The notes beneath the pieces were generated by a model, which made no database searches, was not told where the DNA came from, and was given only the letters and a program-made list of their open reading frames with translations. A stretch of DNA of 64,000 nt from Phoronis australis (taxonomy: Eukaryota; Animalia; Phoronida): the NCBI GenBank assembly GCA_002633005.1, contig NMRA01000008.1:378985-442984 (forward strand), written 5' to 3'. Below are positions 49,801-59,393 of the stretch, piece by piece; the stretch's first letter is position 1; the number at the start of each line of letters is the position of its first letter. The translations under genes and the position numbers were made by a program.

Positions 49801-52800
49801 AGCTGACGTTTGGCATTTTGTTTTTGCTCACCAAGTTTTGTGACCCCAAATCTGGAAATACAGGTGGCAAATATGCTGTCAGTCGTATCTTCGAACAGAC
49901 ATTTTCACCTAGGTTGAGGGTTGTTTTTGATTCTTAGTTGCTCAAAGTGAGGTTCACCTGGGCAATATACAGGTTGTGTACTCAATGCTGGTTACACAGT
50001 GTCTACTTCTTTTGAAACATTTCATTAAACCATGGGTGATGTGTATGCAGGTTTAAACGTTAACCGCTTTCCTAACTGAGTTTTCTGATAAAATGTTTTT
50101 GCTGTTTGTCTATTAGCACTACTAAGCCTTCTGTAGACGAGATAGAATACCCATCAGAGTTGAGCTAAGTTAAGTTTTCTGTTGAACTGTGGAATAACTG
50201 CCCAATTTGTCTCCCTTCATATCATCATATCCCTTCAGATCATCACTGAAGTGGATCTTGGGATTCATGTGAAACTGTCAGGTTTCATACTTTATGCGCT
50301 GTTCTCCAAAACGCGGGTTTTCCATAGATAAGCGCACCCGATGAAACCCCCATGGACGTTTATTCGGAAAATTATGCCGAATACACACCCATGGGCGTTT
50401 ATTTGGTGTTTCAACTTGTTGTGTCAAGAGTCCAGACAGTGGGACGTTTATTTAGAAAATTTCCTCTTAAAAACTCACTCAGCATCAAGTTTTTGTCACA
50501 AATTCAGTTTTGTGGAACATTTATCAAATGAACAAGGTGTTGGTGAACTATGCATTTATTAACAAAAAATTTAAAAATGCAGTTTTAAGTAAATGTGTAT
50601 CAAATCAGCAAAATTATGGCTTTCCATTTACACGCCCCATTTTCTGAATAAATGCACGGGCATTTATTTGGTGTTGCTAAAATGCCTGAATAATTTCCAT
50701 TTTCCGAATACATGCCTATAGACTCTATTCACGCAGCAGACATTAAAATCCAAAGCGAGGCTCACTGCGATAAACAAAGCAAAAGTAGACATTGCGTGAG
50801 TTAAATAGCCGGTCTTTCGAGTCCAACCTGGATATTGAATTTTAGTAATGTGTCAACAATTAAACCACACAGACGTAGAAAATTACATTACAGAACAAGT
50901 TAAGGCGTCAAAGAGTTGTCTGACGAAAGGGTTTAATTTTTCTCGGAAAACTAGGTTCGAAACATGAAAAGTAAATATGGCCAAATTGCGGCGATCATAG
51001 TGTTACGGATTAGGTATTATGCTGAATGCAGGGTTACTTTTTTCTTGTAAATTGTTGATCAAAATACTTTCTACGCGGACCAGGTCATCTGCTCGTATTG
51101 TTGACGAGTTGAAGACATATTCGACAGTGGTGGCTGTCATGTGCAATTAGTCACATCTGGTTTAATTTGTTGATCAAGAATATTAAAATCAAGCATAGCC
51201 TGATCCTATGCACTCCCTGGGACTAACAGTTGATTTGTCATTGATCTGAAAGAATAATTGATGTTATTAAATATATTTTTTATTAAAATAATAAACCAGA
51301 CTCGTAATTGAAAATAAAAATTATTTGACCATCAATTCTGCTTTCTTGGTTGTAATAATTCTTACGTCTATTTCATGTGTTAGATTTCAAGTATCAATTT
51401 GGACCAAGTTGAATTTTAAAATTAAAACACCTAATTCGTTCGTCCAAAACGTAACCTCGTTTTAGAACTCAATTTCAGTTAACTGGACAATGAAATCATA
51501 GTTATCATGTTTCTGCAGAAACCTCGTTCATCCGAGGGGAAAGGTGCTAGTGCCTACTGAGAGGCGATTTTTTCGCAGAGTGAGGGCGGGAACAGTCTAC
51601 CTCCCGATCACCATCAATAGCACCCCCGCCCTGTTGCAAGCTCTCATAGGCTCTGTCTCATTTTAAAGTAGCCTTTTGTGCTCTTAAAAATTGTCACCTG
51701 TGTGGTTACAGGTTATGTGAACTCAGAGAGATTTTTCACTAGGGGAATTTTTGTGCCTCGTGGGGGGAATTTCGCGTGATATTTCAATATTTTTGAGAGG
51801 GGAATAGGGCCGATATTGGGCCCTAAATTTGAGGGATTGAGGGCTCTGTCCTTTTTGGAGAGAAAAATTATAATGTTTCAACCCGTAGCAGGGGCGGATC
51901 CAGGATTTTGAATTAGGGGGGGGACAGGCACAGGAATAAGCAGCATTTCGGCAGATGCGCGCACCCAGCCTAAAATCTGGGGAAGCAGGGGTCTTGAATT
52001 CTTGGGTTTGCGGACCTGTTGACTAAAAAAAAACGGTAAACGGGGTTCATTCAGCGCCTATGCGTTGTTTATTTACCCCCCAAGACCCCCTGGTTGCGCA
52101 CGTGTCCTATCAGCAATTCGCACCCGAACTCAAAAATGGGATCCGATGCAATTTTAGCCCCCCCCCAACTCCGTTGTCATGAAAATACAACCTGGCTGGC
52201 CCATTCTCCGGTCGTTACTGATGCTTGACAACTGACCGACGGAGACGCGACAAAATATGATCTAACTTTTCGAAAACATTTATTTTACACGGACATATTT
52301 TGCTTCGTCGGCGTATGGCAACGACCCAACTCTTCCGAATCTAAACGTCTTTAGAGATTGTGAAGCGTGTCCGTATTTTTTCTAGCCGTTCGGGGAAAGA
52401 ACACGGACTGAAACACAGACTCCTGTGCCGATAAGCTAACAGAGCTATCGTAGCGAGCCTCGTTTTGGAACGCGCCTCCTGTCGGCGTGAATAGGGTCTA
52501 TGGGCTTATCTACATAAATTTCCGGTTGGAATTGATTTTAAAATGTTCGTTTTTGCTTTGGAGAAACATGACTTCATGATTTTCATGCAAAATTTCAAAA
52601 GTTGTGTAAAACGAAAAAGTGACAATTTAGGAAAAATAAAAGAACCGTTTTTAGGTTAAATCTTGGATGCTTATGTCAAACAAAATCATGTTATTGATGT
52701 CATTCTTTAGTACAAATGCAACATTTTTGCTAAATTTTACTAAAAAACATAATCACAAAAATCAAATTCTTATAACGTGTTTTGGTCGTGATAGACCGGC

Positions 52801-55800
52801 ACGAAAGTCCTCCCCTCATTTTCAGGTCGATCGAAATTCCTGAGTAAACCACATGCCTTCATGAAGTTTTAGCTGAGGTCGCTTTGGTCAGATCAGCCGA
52901 GTTTGAAGTAACTTTAAGTGTTACTACGCGGTAAAGCAGTTACCTTTGTTTTGAATTTTATATGTGTTAAGAATTTAATTTACACTTATGATTTCAAAGT
53001 AAATACACAGAAATTAAGGTGGGATAATGGTAAAGCTGAGTTAAAATTCCTGAGAAAGTAACAAATTTCACAAATTTATGAATCTGCAACGGTCTAATTT
53101 GCGCAGTGCCACAGTATTCTAAGTAATCTGTTCTTGTGGGTGTTGGAGCACATGTTTGAACTGTAAAGTTTCGTCTTTTTTTGCTGTTTCAAAATTAGAG
53201 CGACAGGTGACAGTGTGTTCAAGCAAATACATGTTTGTCGTAAAGCGAAAATCCCGATGAAAATCGACGCCAATTTCAAGAGTTAGCGATTTCGTCGGAA
53301 GTCATGGCAAAAATCCGGAAGGAAGTGGGACGAAAAATGACACTACAATTGCTTAAAATTAACCGAAAGTATTTACTTCAAAATTCCATCTACTTTTTCC
53401 ACGAGAATTATCGTAAACTTCTGAAGACCATCACATCACAGTCAATGCTGAACAGCCGTTCGACCGTGACATAAATATTTGGTGGTTATACCATCCACAA
53501 ACACGCATGTGTTACAAGTTCTGTATCCGTGTTCCGTAAAAACGAATTGTAGAAAGAGTAATAACTACATTGGAGCGATCGAACGTTATAAACAACAGGT
53601 ACGTTATAATGCGACTCGATTGTGCTTTTCCTGAACCTTCTAATTCAGTATATATTGTGTTAACTAAACAGACTTCTTGGAAAAATGCTGTACTGTATAA
53701 ACTAATGCCACCGAAAAACGTTTCATATATGATTGTTGTGTTGACGTTCAAGGCATCTCGTCATTCACTTAAAAGTAGTTCCATTGCCAGACCAGGCGTA
53801 ATCATCACGTTTATTGCTCCCACAGCTGAGTGGGTAATGAACTACTGAAATCGTTGATAAAAACGTATCAAGTTTATAGTACCTGTAACCCCTGAGATCC
53901 TGTCACGATCATTTCGTGTTACGTACGGATTCTCTACGCTCAGAAAATAATATACACTTTCACAGAGTTAAATTCTGTAGTTTTGTAGATAAGTTTCTAT
54001 GTGCACAGACCAGTTGATTAAGTTCTACATATCCTTAAGTGGAGTTACCATGTTTTGACAAGTTTGCAGCTTGTCATTATCATCATCAAACCTTGAGTAA
54101 ACCTCAATATATTGCAGTTATGCGAAATAGATAATGTTAACAGGTGTTTGTTATATTCTGCCATAAACTTCACCATGACGTATTTACGTTTTTTAAAGAG
54201 ACATTTGAGTAATGAGATTGACTAATCTGGTCTGGATGTCACAAAAACAGATGGCCACAATACCCTGTTAATTGATATATTACCACTATTACCAGAGGTG
54301 ATTTCCACGTCTCGGTTAAACAAATGGGCGTGGTTAGCCCTAGATGACATTGCCTCTGCATCATAAAATGTGATAATTATGGTGGATATGTTAAATTTCC
54401 ACCTGATGCATTTTAACAGACACTTCCAAGTTGAGTTTTGTTTTTAGAATTTTTTTCTAGTTAGCCTCAGGGTCATAAATCTTAAGCAATCCGATTAAAA
54501 AGTTAAAACTCTATTTATTAGTTTAATACATTTATTATTTCGAAGTGTTCAACAAACAAAACTGCTAAAACTGGGCGGTTTGCCTCTGACGTTAGCATGT
54601 GCTCAGTGCAAATTTCCTGGTAAAAATTTTATCTGCTATGTAACGAAATGAATGTAAACATTTAATGATGTATTAGTGTGTGCTCCTAAGTTTGCTCATG
54701 TACTACAGGAACTTATAAGAACAATGCTATTTGAACATCATCTACGCTAAACAAAGTGCAGTTGTATTAATTGACAACTTGTAAATGTGAAAACAAAAAA
54801 TTGTGCAAATAGGTAACCTCTGCACTAATGTCGTGCCCCGCAGGCTCACATAGCCCACATCATGCAGTGTTATTCCCCAACACAACACTACGATACTTAC
54901 TGGAGATGGTTGACTGATTTACGGTGGATCATTTTCGTTACAAAACTCGTTCTTAAAAACATTTGGCAATTTTCAAGGTACTTCATATTCATATAGTGGC
55001 TGTATGTTGTGTTTCTATTTTGATCCAAGCAATCACAGAAATAATTAATTAGCATGCAAGTTCCACTTTAAGATTACTTAGTGTGAGTGTGGTATTGTGG
55101 GAAATATTGTATGAAGCTCAGTGTGGTATTGTGGGAAATATTGTATGAAGCTCAGTGTGGTATTGTGGGAAATATTGTATGAAACTCCGTGTGGTATTGT
55201 GGGAAATATTGTACAAAGCTCAGTGTGGTATTGTGGGAAATATTGTATGAAACTCCGTGTGGTATTGTGGGAAATATTGTACAAAGCTCAGTGTGGTATT
55301 GTGGGAAATATTGTATGAAACTCCGTGTGGTATTGTGGGAAATATTGTACAAAGCTCAGTGTGGTATTGTGGGAAATATTGTATGAAACTCCGTGTGGTA
55401 TTGTGGGAAATATTGTACAAAGCTCAGTGTGGTATTGTGGGAAATATTGTATGAAACTCCGTGTGGTATTGTGGGAAATATTGTACAAAGCTCAGTGTGG
55501 TATTGTGGGAAATATTGTATGAAACTCCGTGTGGTATTGTGGGAAATATTGTACAAAGCTCAGTGTGGTATTGTGGGAAATATTGTATGAAACTCCGTGT
55601 GGTATTGTGGGAAATATTGTACAAAGCTCAGTGTGGTATTGTGGGAAATATTGTATGAAACTCCGTGTGGTATTGTGGGAAATATTGTACAAAGCTCAGT
55701 GTGGTATTGTGGGAAATATTGTACAAAGCTCAGTGTGGTATTGTGGGAAATATTGTACAAAGCTCAGTGTGGTATTGTGGGAAATATTGTATGAAGCTTA

Positions 55801-58800
55801 GTGTGGTATTGTGGGAAATATTGTACAAAGGTTGATATTTCAGGATGATATTGGAGTAGGGACTGTGGTCGGTTCTGCCGTCTTCAACATCATGTTTGTG
55901 ATCGGATTCTGTGCCTTATTTGCAGGAATGGTAAAGTATTAACCGTAGAGTTTAAACGCGTTTATGACCGACTATTTCCAAGTTTAGAAATCTTGACTTT
56001 CATAAAAGCTCACTCAGAATATCGTGATCTATAACTGCAAATCCGACATTTTACGTGTTCAGACAGAGGTGAATACTAATTGATTGAGTGTTGTTGGATA
56101 CGTTTTCAATTCTACTCCTTGTGATTGTGGAGATTGATTTAAAAACTTGGTGAAAATCCAGAAGTATGATTTTTGAAGCCACACACAATGCCAAGTCCAG
56201 ATTTGAGCGAGCACAAGAAACTATTCACTGCATGGGGAGAAATCACTGAACTCCACTTGGTGTCTTGTTTAATTGTCTACACCACGTGAGTAGCCTACTT
56301 CATTTACACATGATCAATTCAATGAAATTATTGGAGACTATGCAAAAACCAATTAAAACAGTGAAAATGGCGATTACAATCCAGTTGGCATGGCTTGCTA
56401 GCTCTGTGTATGTTATGAATGACAATCAGACACCTCTATGTTAAAAGCTGAAGGGGGTAAAATGTCCCTGCCTGCAAACAGTCTGATTGAATTTTCACCG
56501 GAAATGTGATTAACATGTCGAGTTTGGTTAGGCTGCAGTAAAAATGTAGTTGCTAAAACGGCTAACACAGCTGAAAATTTTACCCCTGTCATGTTATGTC
56601 GATGCTGTGGGAAAGCACCGATAACACCTAATGATTTTAACCCTGTTATGATATGTCGAAGCTGTTGGGAAAATCCAGTAGGAAACAACCATGTAAGACA
56701 ACATCCTGTGAGAGTTACACTGCCAAGTAATAAAAGGCCTTCCCTTCTCATTGGCTAGTTGAAAGAAACTGACGTCATATCATTTGATCATTCTGGTTCC
56801 TGGGAACTTTGGAAATCCCTAAACGATTTTTTAACACAGATTGCTACTGTGATGACAAAATATTGAATCAACCTAGTTCAGGTTCGACAGGCCTTATTCA
56901 CGCGGTCGCAATTTCAGTAGTGAGTCTCTTTTTAGGTTTAAAAAAACAATACATTTAAGACGTAAATATGAGGCACGTGAAAAGATCACTCTTTGCACTG
57001 TGATTAAGCACAGAATGCATTGTTTTTAAAATCTAAAAACAAGCTCACTTTTAAAATGGCAACTGCATGAATAAGGTGTATACTTGCGAACATGCCAAAG
57101 GTTCTTGTCAGTTTCTTCACAGAACATTCGTGTATTTATTGAATTTCGTCAACATGCAACAGTGTTTCCAAATCATTCGGGTTACCAATAGGTCTGAGGT
57201 GTTGGCCAATTGAGTCAAGTTGCAAATAATTTGCCAATAAAGATAAATTACTCTTCTTCTTTTACAGGTGGTCAATCTCAACTGGTGGCCGTTGTTTCGC
57301 GACACGTTCTGCTATGCCGTCAGTATTATAGCGCTCGTGCTTGTTATGTACGACGGTCTGGTTACTTGGTAAGTTATTCTGGATACGTGGAAGAGGGATG
57401 ATTGAATTGTGTGTTAGGAGCCAATCGCATCAAAGTAGTTCTTTGTACGATCTTGAGAACGGGATGAAAATCAATTCAGAGCCAACTTAGCAACATAAAA
57501 TCTGGGTAAGAACCCTGATGACGGTGTTGTATTTTTGGCAAAAGTTGCCCTGTTTTACCCAACCCCAGCATATTATGACCAGAGTTGCCCTGTTCTATCC
57601 TACTACATCCTGTTTTGGCCAAAATTTGCCAGCGTGTTTCATCAAAATGGCCAGATGGGCAATAACCGTTTTGAGAAGCAGTATTTGGCCCACAAGAGGT
57701 GTAATATCTTTTTGCTTTTTAGAAGTACCCATTTCCACTTCGTTCACTAATTTCTTTAACTTTGTTTTGGGTTAGAAAATTCTATTTTGTTTTTGCTAAT
57801 TTTCAATTCAGAATAATTTTTTGCGAGCTTAATTTGTTAATCTGTATTAATCTGGTATTCTGTCATTTTGCACCTGTTGTTTGACGATCGTAAGATTTCA
57901 TCAAGACACTGCATTACTGTCAAAAAAATGCAATCCTTCAAAAAGGACGTCAAGCAATCAGTTAATTCCTACATTTGTGTGTACTATACACCTTTATTGA
58001 ATCTTCCTTGCAGGTAGTTTGACCCAGTTTCGAAAATTACACCCTGCTTTCCAAAAAATACGCCCCTCCACCTTGACAAAAATATGCCTGAGTGATTATC
58101 CAGTTTTTGAAAGGTCAGTTTCGGGTTTTCGGGAATCCTATTTACGATCCTTTGAACCCCTGTAGCAGACCAGCAGATACCAAACCTGTTGTGCAAATCC
58201 CCAGACTAGGGTTATAAATTCCACACCCAAAAAGAATGCCCAATACATAGTGAGCAAACAATACTCGCCTAATCACAAAATCCTCACCCGGACTTAAACT
58301 CTGGACTGTCCCTCTAGAAAATTGAGTAATCTCTATGGAGGCTCAATGATGGAGCTTTTCACCATACTGTTTCTCCTTTGTCAGGGTAATTTTTTGCTGC
58401 CTATGAAACTAATATCTTGCTGGCTTTGGAATGCAGCCCGCATCAACCGTCATCATCTCATCTGTCATTGTGGCAGTTAACAGAGTGTGCTTCAGACTAG
58501 AAAAAAGGTCTGCTACATTGAATGTTAACACCAGCCGCACTCATTTCATAATGTTGTAAAATGCTAATTGTTCTATTAAAACTAAACCGATTTTCACACC
58601 TTGGTAATAGCTGAATTTAAGGAATGGTGGTTCATGTGGTTGAAACGACTGGTAGTCGTGGACTGCAAATCACTCCTTACACAAATTCAGCTACATGCTA
58701 GTCGACAATCGCATGGCATCCTTGACTAGTTTTAAGTGACGTTTGCGCCACTTTTTTCAAATCCTTCATTCTTCTCATACTCTAGCTTCTGATTGGTTTG

Positions 58801-59393
58801 TTTTATTGTATCCTTCATTTTTTTGTTTTACTTATTGAAGTTTTCATAGTAGTGTAGTCCTTGTTATCTTTTATATTCCTGCTAGATCTTTGTGGTGACC
58901 GGTGAATAGAAATTTAAAAAAAAATCGATGGTTTTATTTTAGTTTCACAAGTATTGCATTTTTTGCTGATACTATGTCAGGCATATAAATTGTCTGAGTG
59001 GTATGAGAAATTAGGGCACATTGTAGCCATAGTTTTGAATGAATAGAAAGTAAAAATGCCGGCCGTTGCACCATTCTCAAATTAACTAAAAAGTATAATT
59101 GTTCACCGATTTTGGGTCTGCAAAATATTAGAATGGGCAAAATTGTAGAGCGGTCACCATAAATATGTAAGTGAGATAAATACATTTGTTTTCTAGGTGG
59201 GAGGCGCTGATCTTTCTACTACTCTATGTTGGTTACATCTTGATCATGACAATCAACGAACGACTAGAGCGTTGGGTGCACACTAAGTGCTCAAAGCTCG
59301 CCACGTTTAGTGCTTGCTATCAGTCGTTGGACGAGAAAGGGATACCTATGGGTAATGAAGATGAGTACCATTTAGTCAGCACCAAGGATACCG
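13732..59393 (+). CDS. SLC24A: K+-dependent Na+/Ca2+ exchanger (SLC24/NCKX, NCKX3/4/5-like), 5' half, incomplete at window end; exons 13732-13849, 16415-16612, 39121-39221 (or 45829-45929), 55844-55930, 57268-57368, 59197-~59393
   Basis: Diagnostic NCKX motifs in order: [25 protein letters not shown]; [17 protein letters not shown] (alpha-1); [14 protein letters not shown]; WWPLFRD; WWEAL..LLLY. Introns are GT..AG with consistent phases (1,1,0,0,2). Confidence 0.93.
15812..16414 (+). repeat. ~40-bp minisatellite (alternating unit types, ~80-bp higher order) ending at the NCKX exon 2 acceptor
   Basis: Units tgaatctattgatgtgtttctccattgcagccccatagctctgc / tgaatccattgatgtttctcctctgtagtccaattggtctacc. 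Confidence 0.9.
16415..16612 (+). CDS. SLC24A: NCKX exon 2 ([20 protein letters not shown]...[14 protein letters not shown])
   Basis: Acceptor ttgtag, donor G|gtattt, conserved TM1 motif. Confidence 0.93.
16960..17290 (+). repeat. Dispersed repeat also present (internally shorter) at ~63775-63900
   Basis: Shared ttaattcc..ttcattct..aggggagacaactc..tgaatt and tcattttgtctgaatactt. Confidence 0.6.
17425..19849. mobile_element. Non-autonomous Tc1/mariner (pogo-like, CCGT-ended) DNA transposon, 2425 bp
   Basis: Perfect 24-bp TIR CCGTAATCGTTCGGGTTAACGCCC; TA on both sides; many subterminal TTAA(C/G)CGCCC motifs; no transposase ORF. Confidence 0.9.
20381..20514. mobile_element. hAT-like MITE, CAGGGGCGGATCC family
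   Basis: Degenerate TIRs with 5-bp TSD TCAAG. Confidence 0.75.
20996..21422. mobile_element. Kolobok-like MITE
   Basis: TTAA|AGATGCTATGTCTaATTAAA ... TTTAATgAGACATAGCATCT inverted termini; right TTAA degenerate. Confidence 0.6.
22369..22712. mobile_element. Degenerate MITE (PIF/Harbinger-like TTTACATG ends)
   Basis: tttacatggacgtttttatcac / gtggagaaaatcgtcatgtaaa imperfect inverted repeat. Confidence 0.4.
23861..24273 (+). repeat. 59-bp minisatellite, 7 near-identical copies
   Basis: Unit ggttattgtatggtgactggtgaagcgacgacaccgccatgttctatgcttactatgat; 7x59=413. Confidence 0.95.
25238..25590 (-). mobile_element. Truncated CCGT-type DNA transposon end carrying a HIRAN-like coding remnant
   Basis: TA+CGGTATTCGCCCTAATAAG end with ATAAGCGCCC repeats; minus-strand [31 protein letters not shown]. 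Confidence 0.55.
25603..25800 (-). mobile_element. LINE (L2/CR1/Crack group) ORF2 C-terminal fragment
   Basis: [31 protein letters not shown] matches the typical post-RT zinc-binding motif. Confidence 0.8.
26597..26730 (+). pseudogene. THAP zinc-finger remnant (transposon-derived)
   Basis: RCCVVECSN...VTFHTF..EKNLR resembles the THAP N-terminus (C-x4-C..SFHxFP); no start codon, truncated. Confidence 0.5.
26905..27252 (+). repeat. ~176-bp tandem duplication (2 diverged copies)
   Basis: cactctcattagtctagagag at 26905 and 27081, colinear thereafter. Confidence 0.85.
28267..28426. mobile_element. 160-bp MITE derivative of the 17425-19849 element, inverted
   Basis: Same TIRs, TA flanks, one copy of the subterminal block. 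Confidence 0.9.
33177..33399 (+). repeat. 115-bp tandem duplication (2 diverged copies)
   Basis: cgaacgctgttcaaaac at 33177 and 33292; cataccatgcagttgata in both. Confidence 0.85.
34029..36796. mobile_element. AT-rich non-autonomous TIR element, Sola-like, ~2.77 kb
   Basis: GGGCAATTCCAT / ACGGAATTACCC termini; flanks TGAT/TGAC; repeated GTGACGGACGTAC-like motif near both ends (34043, 34211, 34420, 36235, 36247, 36422). Confidence 0.6.
38715..38805 (+). repeat. ~26-bp tandem repeat (4 units; 5 units in copy B at 45407-45526)
   Basis: ggacacttttacttaaagtcctagaa. Confidence 0.9.
39121..39221 (+). CDS. SLC24A: NCKX exon 3, alpha-1 repeat, copy A ([34 protein letters not shown])
   Basis: Acceptor ttacag, donor CAG|gtaagt, 101 nt. 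Confidence 0.92.
40721..41992 (+). mobile_element. Helentron-associated (HINE/DINE-1-like) element with ~140-bp internal repeats, copy A
   Basis: T-run + subTIR atgcacccac / gtgggtgcat; (GTCC/GTCT)n tract; internal tandem units; 3' hairpin caacgc-tct-gcgttg. Confidence 0.8.
44851..45113 (+). repeat. 34-bp minisatellite, copy A (~7.7 units, cut by N)
   Basis: gtgtggtattgtgggaaatattgta(caaagctca/tgaaactcc). Confidence 0.95.
45829..45929 (+). CDS. SLC24A: NCKX exon 3, alpha-1 repeat, copy B (same peptide; one synonymous CTT/CTA difference)
   Basis: Intact splice sites; lies in the duplicated block after the N at 45114. Confidence 0.88.
47402..48644 (+). mobile_element. Same HINE, copy B
   Basis: subTIR atgcgcccac / gtgggcgcat, longer (CCGT)n tract, 3' hairpin. 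Confidence 0.8.
50720..52499. mobile_element. ISL2EU-like (PIF/Harbinger-related) non-autonomous DNA transposon, 1780 bp, present only in copy B
   Basis: ~60-bp imperfect TIR AGACTCTATTCACGC / GCGTGAATAGGGTCT; AT on both sides; empty site in copy A (gccca|tggg at ~42330); THAP-like remnant [14 protein letters not shown] on minus strand at ~52305-52360; nested hAT-like MITE at ~51889-52170. Confidence 0.8.
55087..55830 (+). repeat. 34-bp minisatellite, ~22 units with 68-bp alternating higher-order structure
   Basis: Directly visible; explains the stack of spurious 65-66 aa ORFs. Confidence 0.97.
55844..55930 (+). CDS. SLC24A: NCKX exon 4 ([29 protein letters not shown])
   Basis: Acceptor tttcag, donor ATG|gtaaag, 87 nt; translated by hand. 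Confidence 0.93.
56889..57079. mobile_element. Small MITE with CCTTATTCACGC-type TIRs
   Basis: ccttattcacgcggtcgcaattt / aaatggcaactgcatgaataagg. Confidence 0.6.
57268..57368 (+). CDS. SLC24A: NCKX exon 5 ([34 protein letters not shown])
   Basis: Strong pyrimidine tract + tacag; donor TG|gtaagt; 101 nt. Confidence 0.93.
59197..59393 (+). CDS. SLC24A: NCKX exon 6, TM5 and start of cytoplasmic loop ([24 protein letters not shown]...)
   Basis: Acceptor ttttctag in phase. 3' end uncertain: phase-1 donors after 59351 (gtaatg) or 59393 (gtagga). Confidence 0.85.

Larger units (their letters stand above)
45115..55830 (+). repeat. Duplicated block, copy B (with ~3.5 kb extra at 48922-52499)
   Basis: Colinear with copy A, with frequent substitutions and indels. 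Confidence 0.95.

Noticed and set aside
55078-55801. Stack of 65-66 aa ORFs on both strands (also 44847-45196)
   Set aside because: Artefact of translating the 34-bp minisatellite
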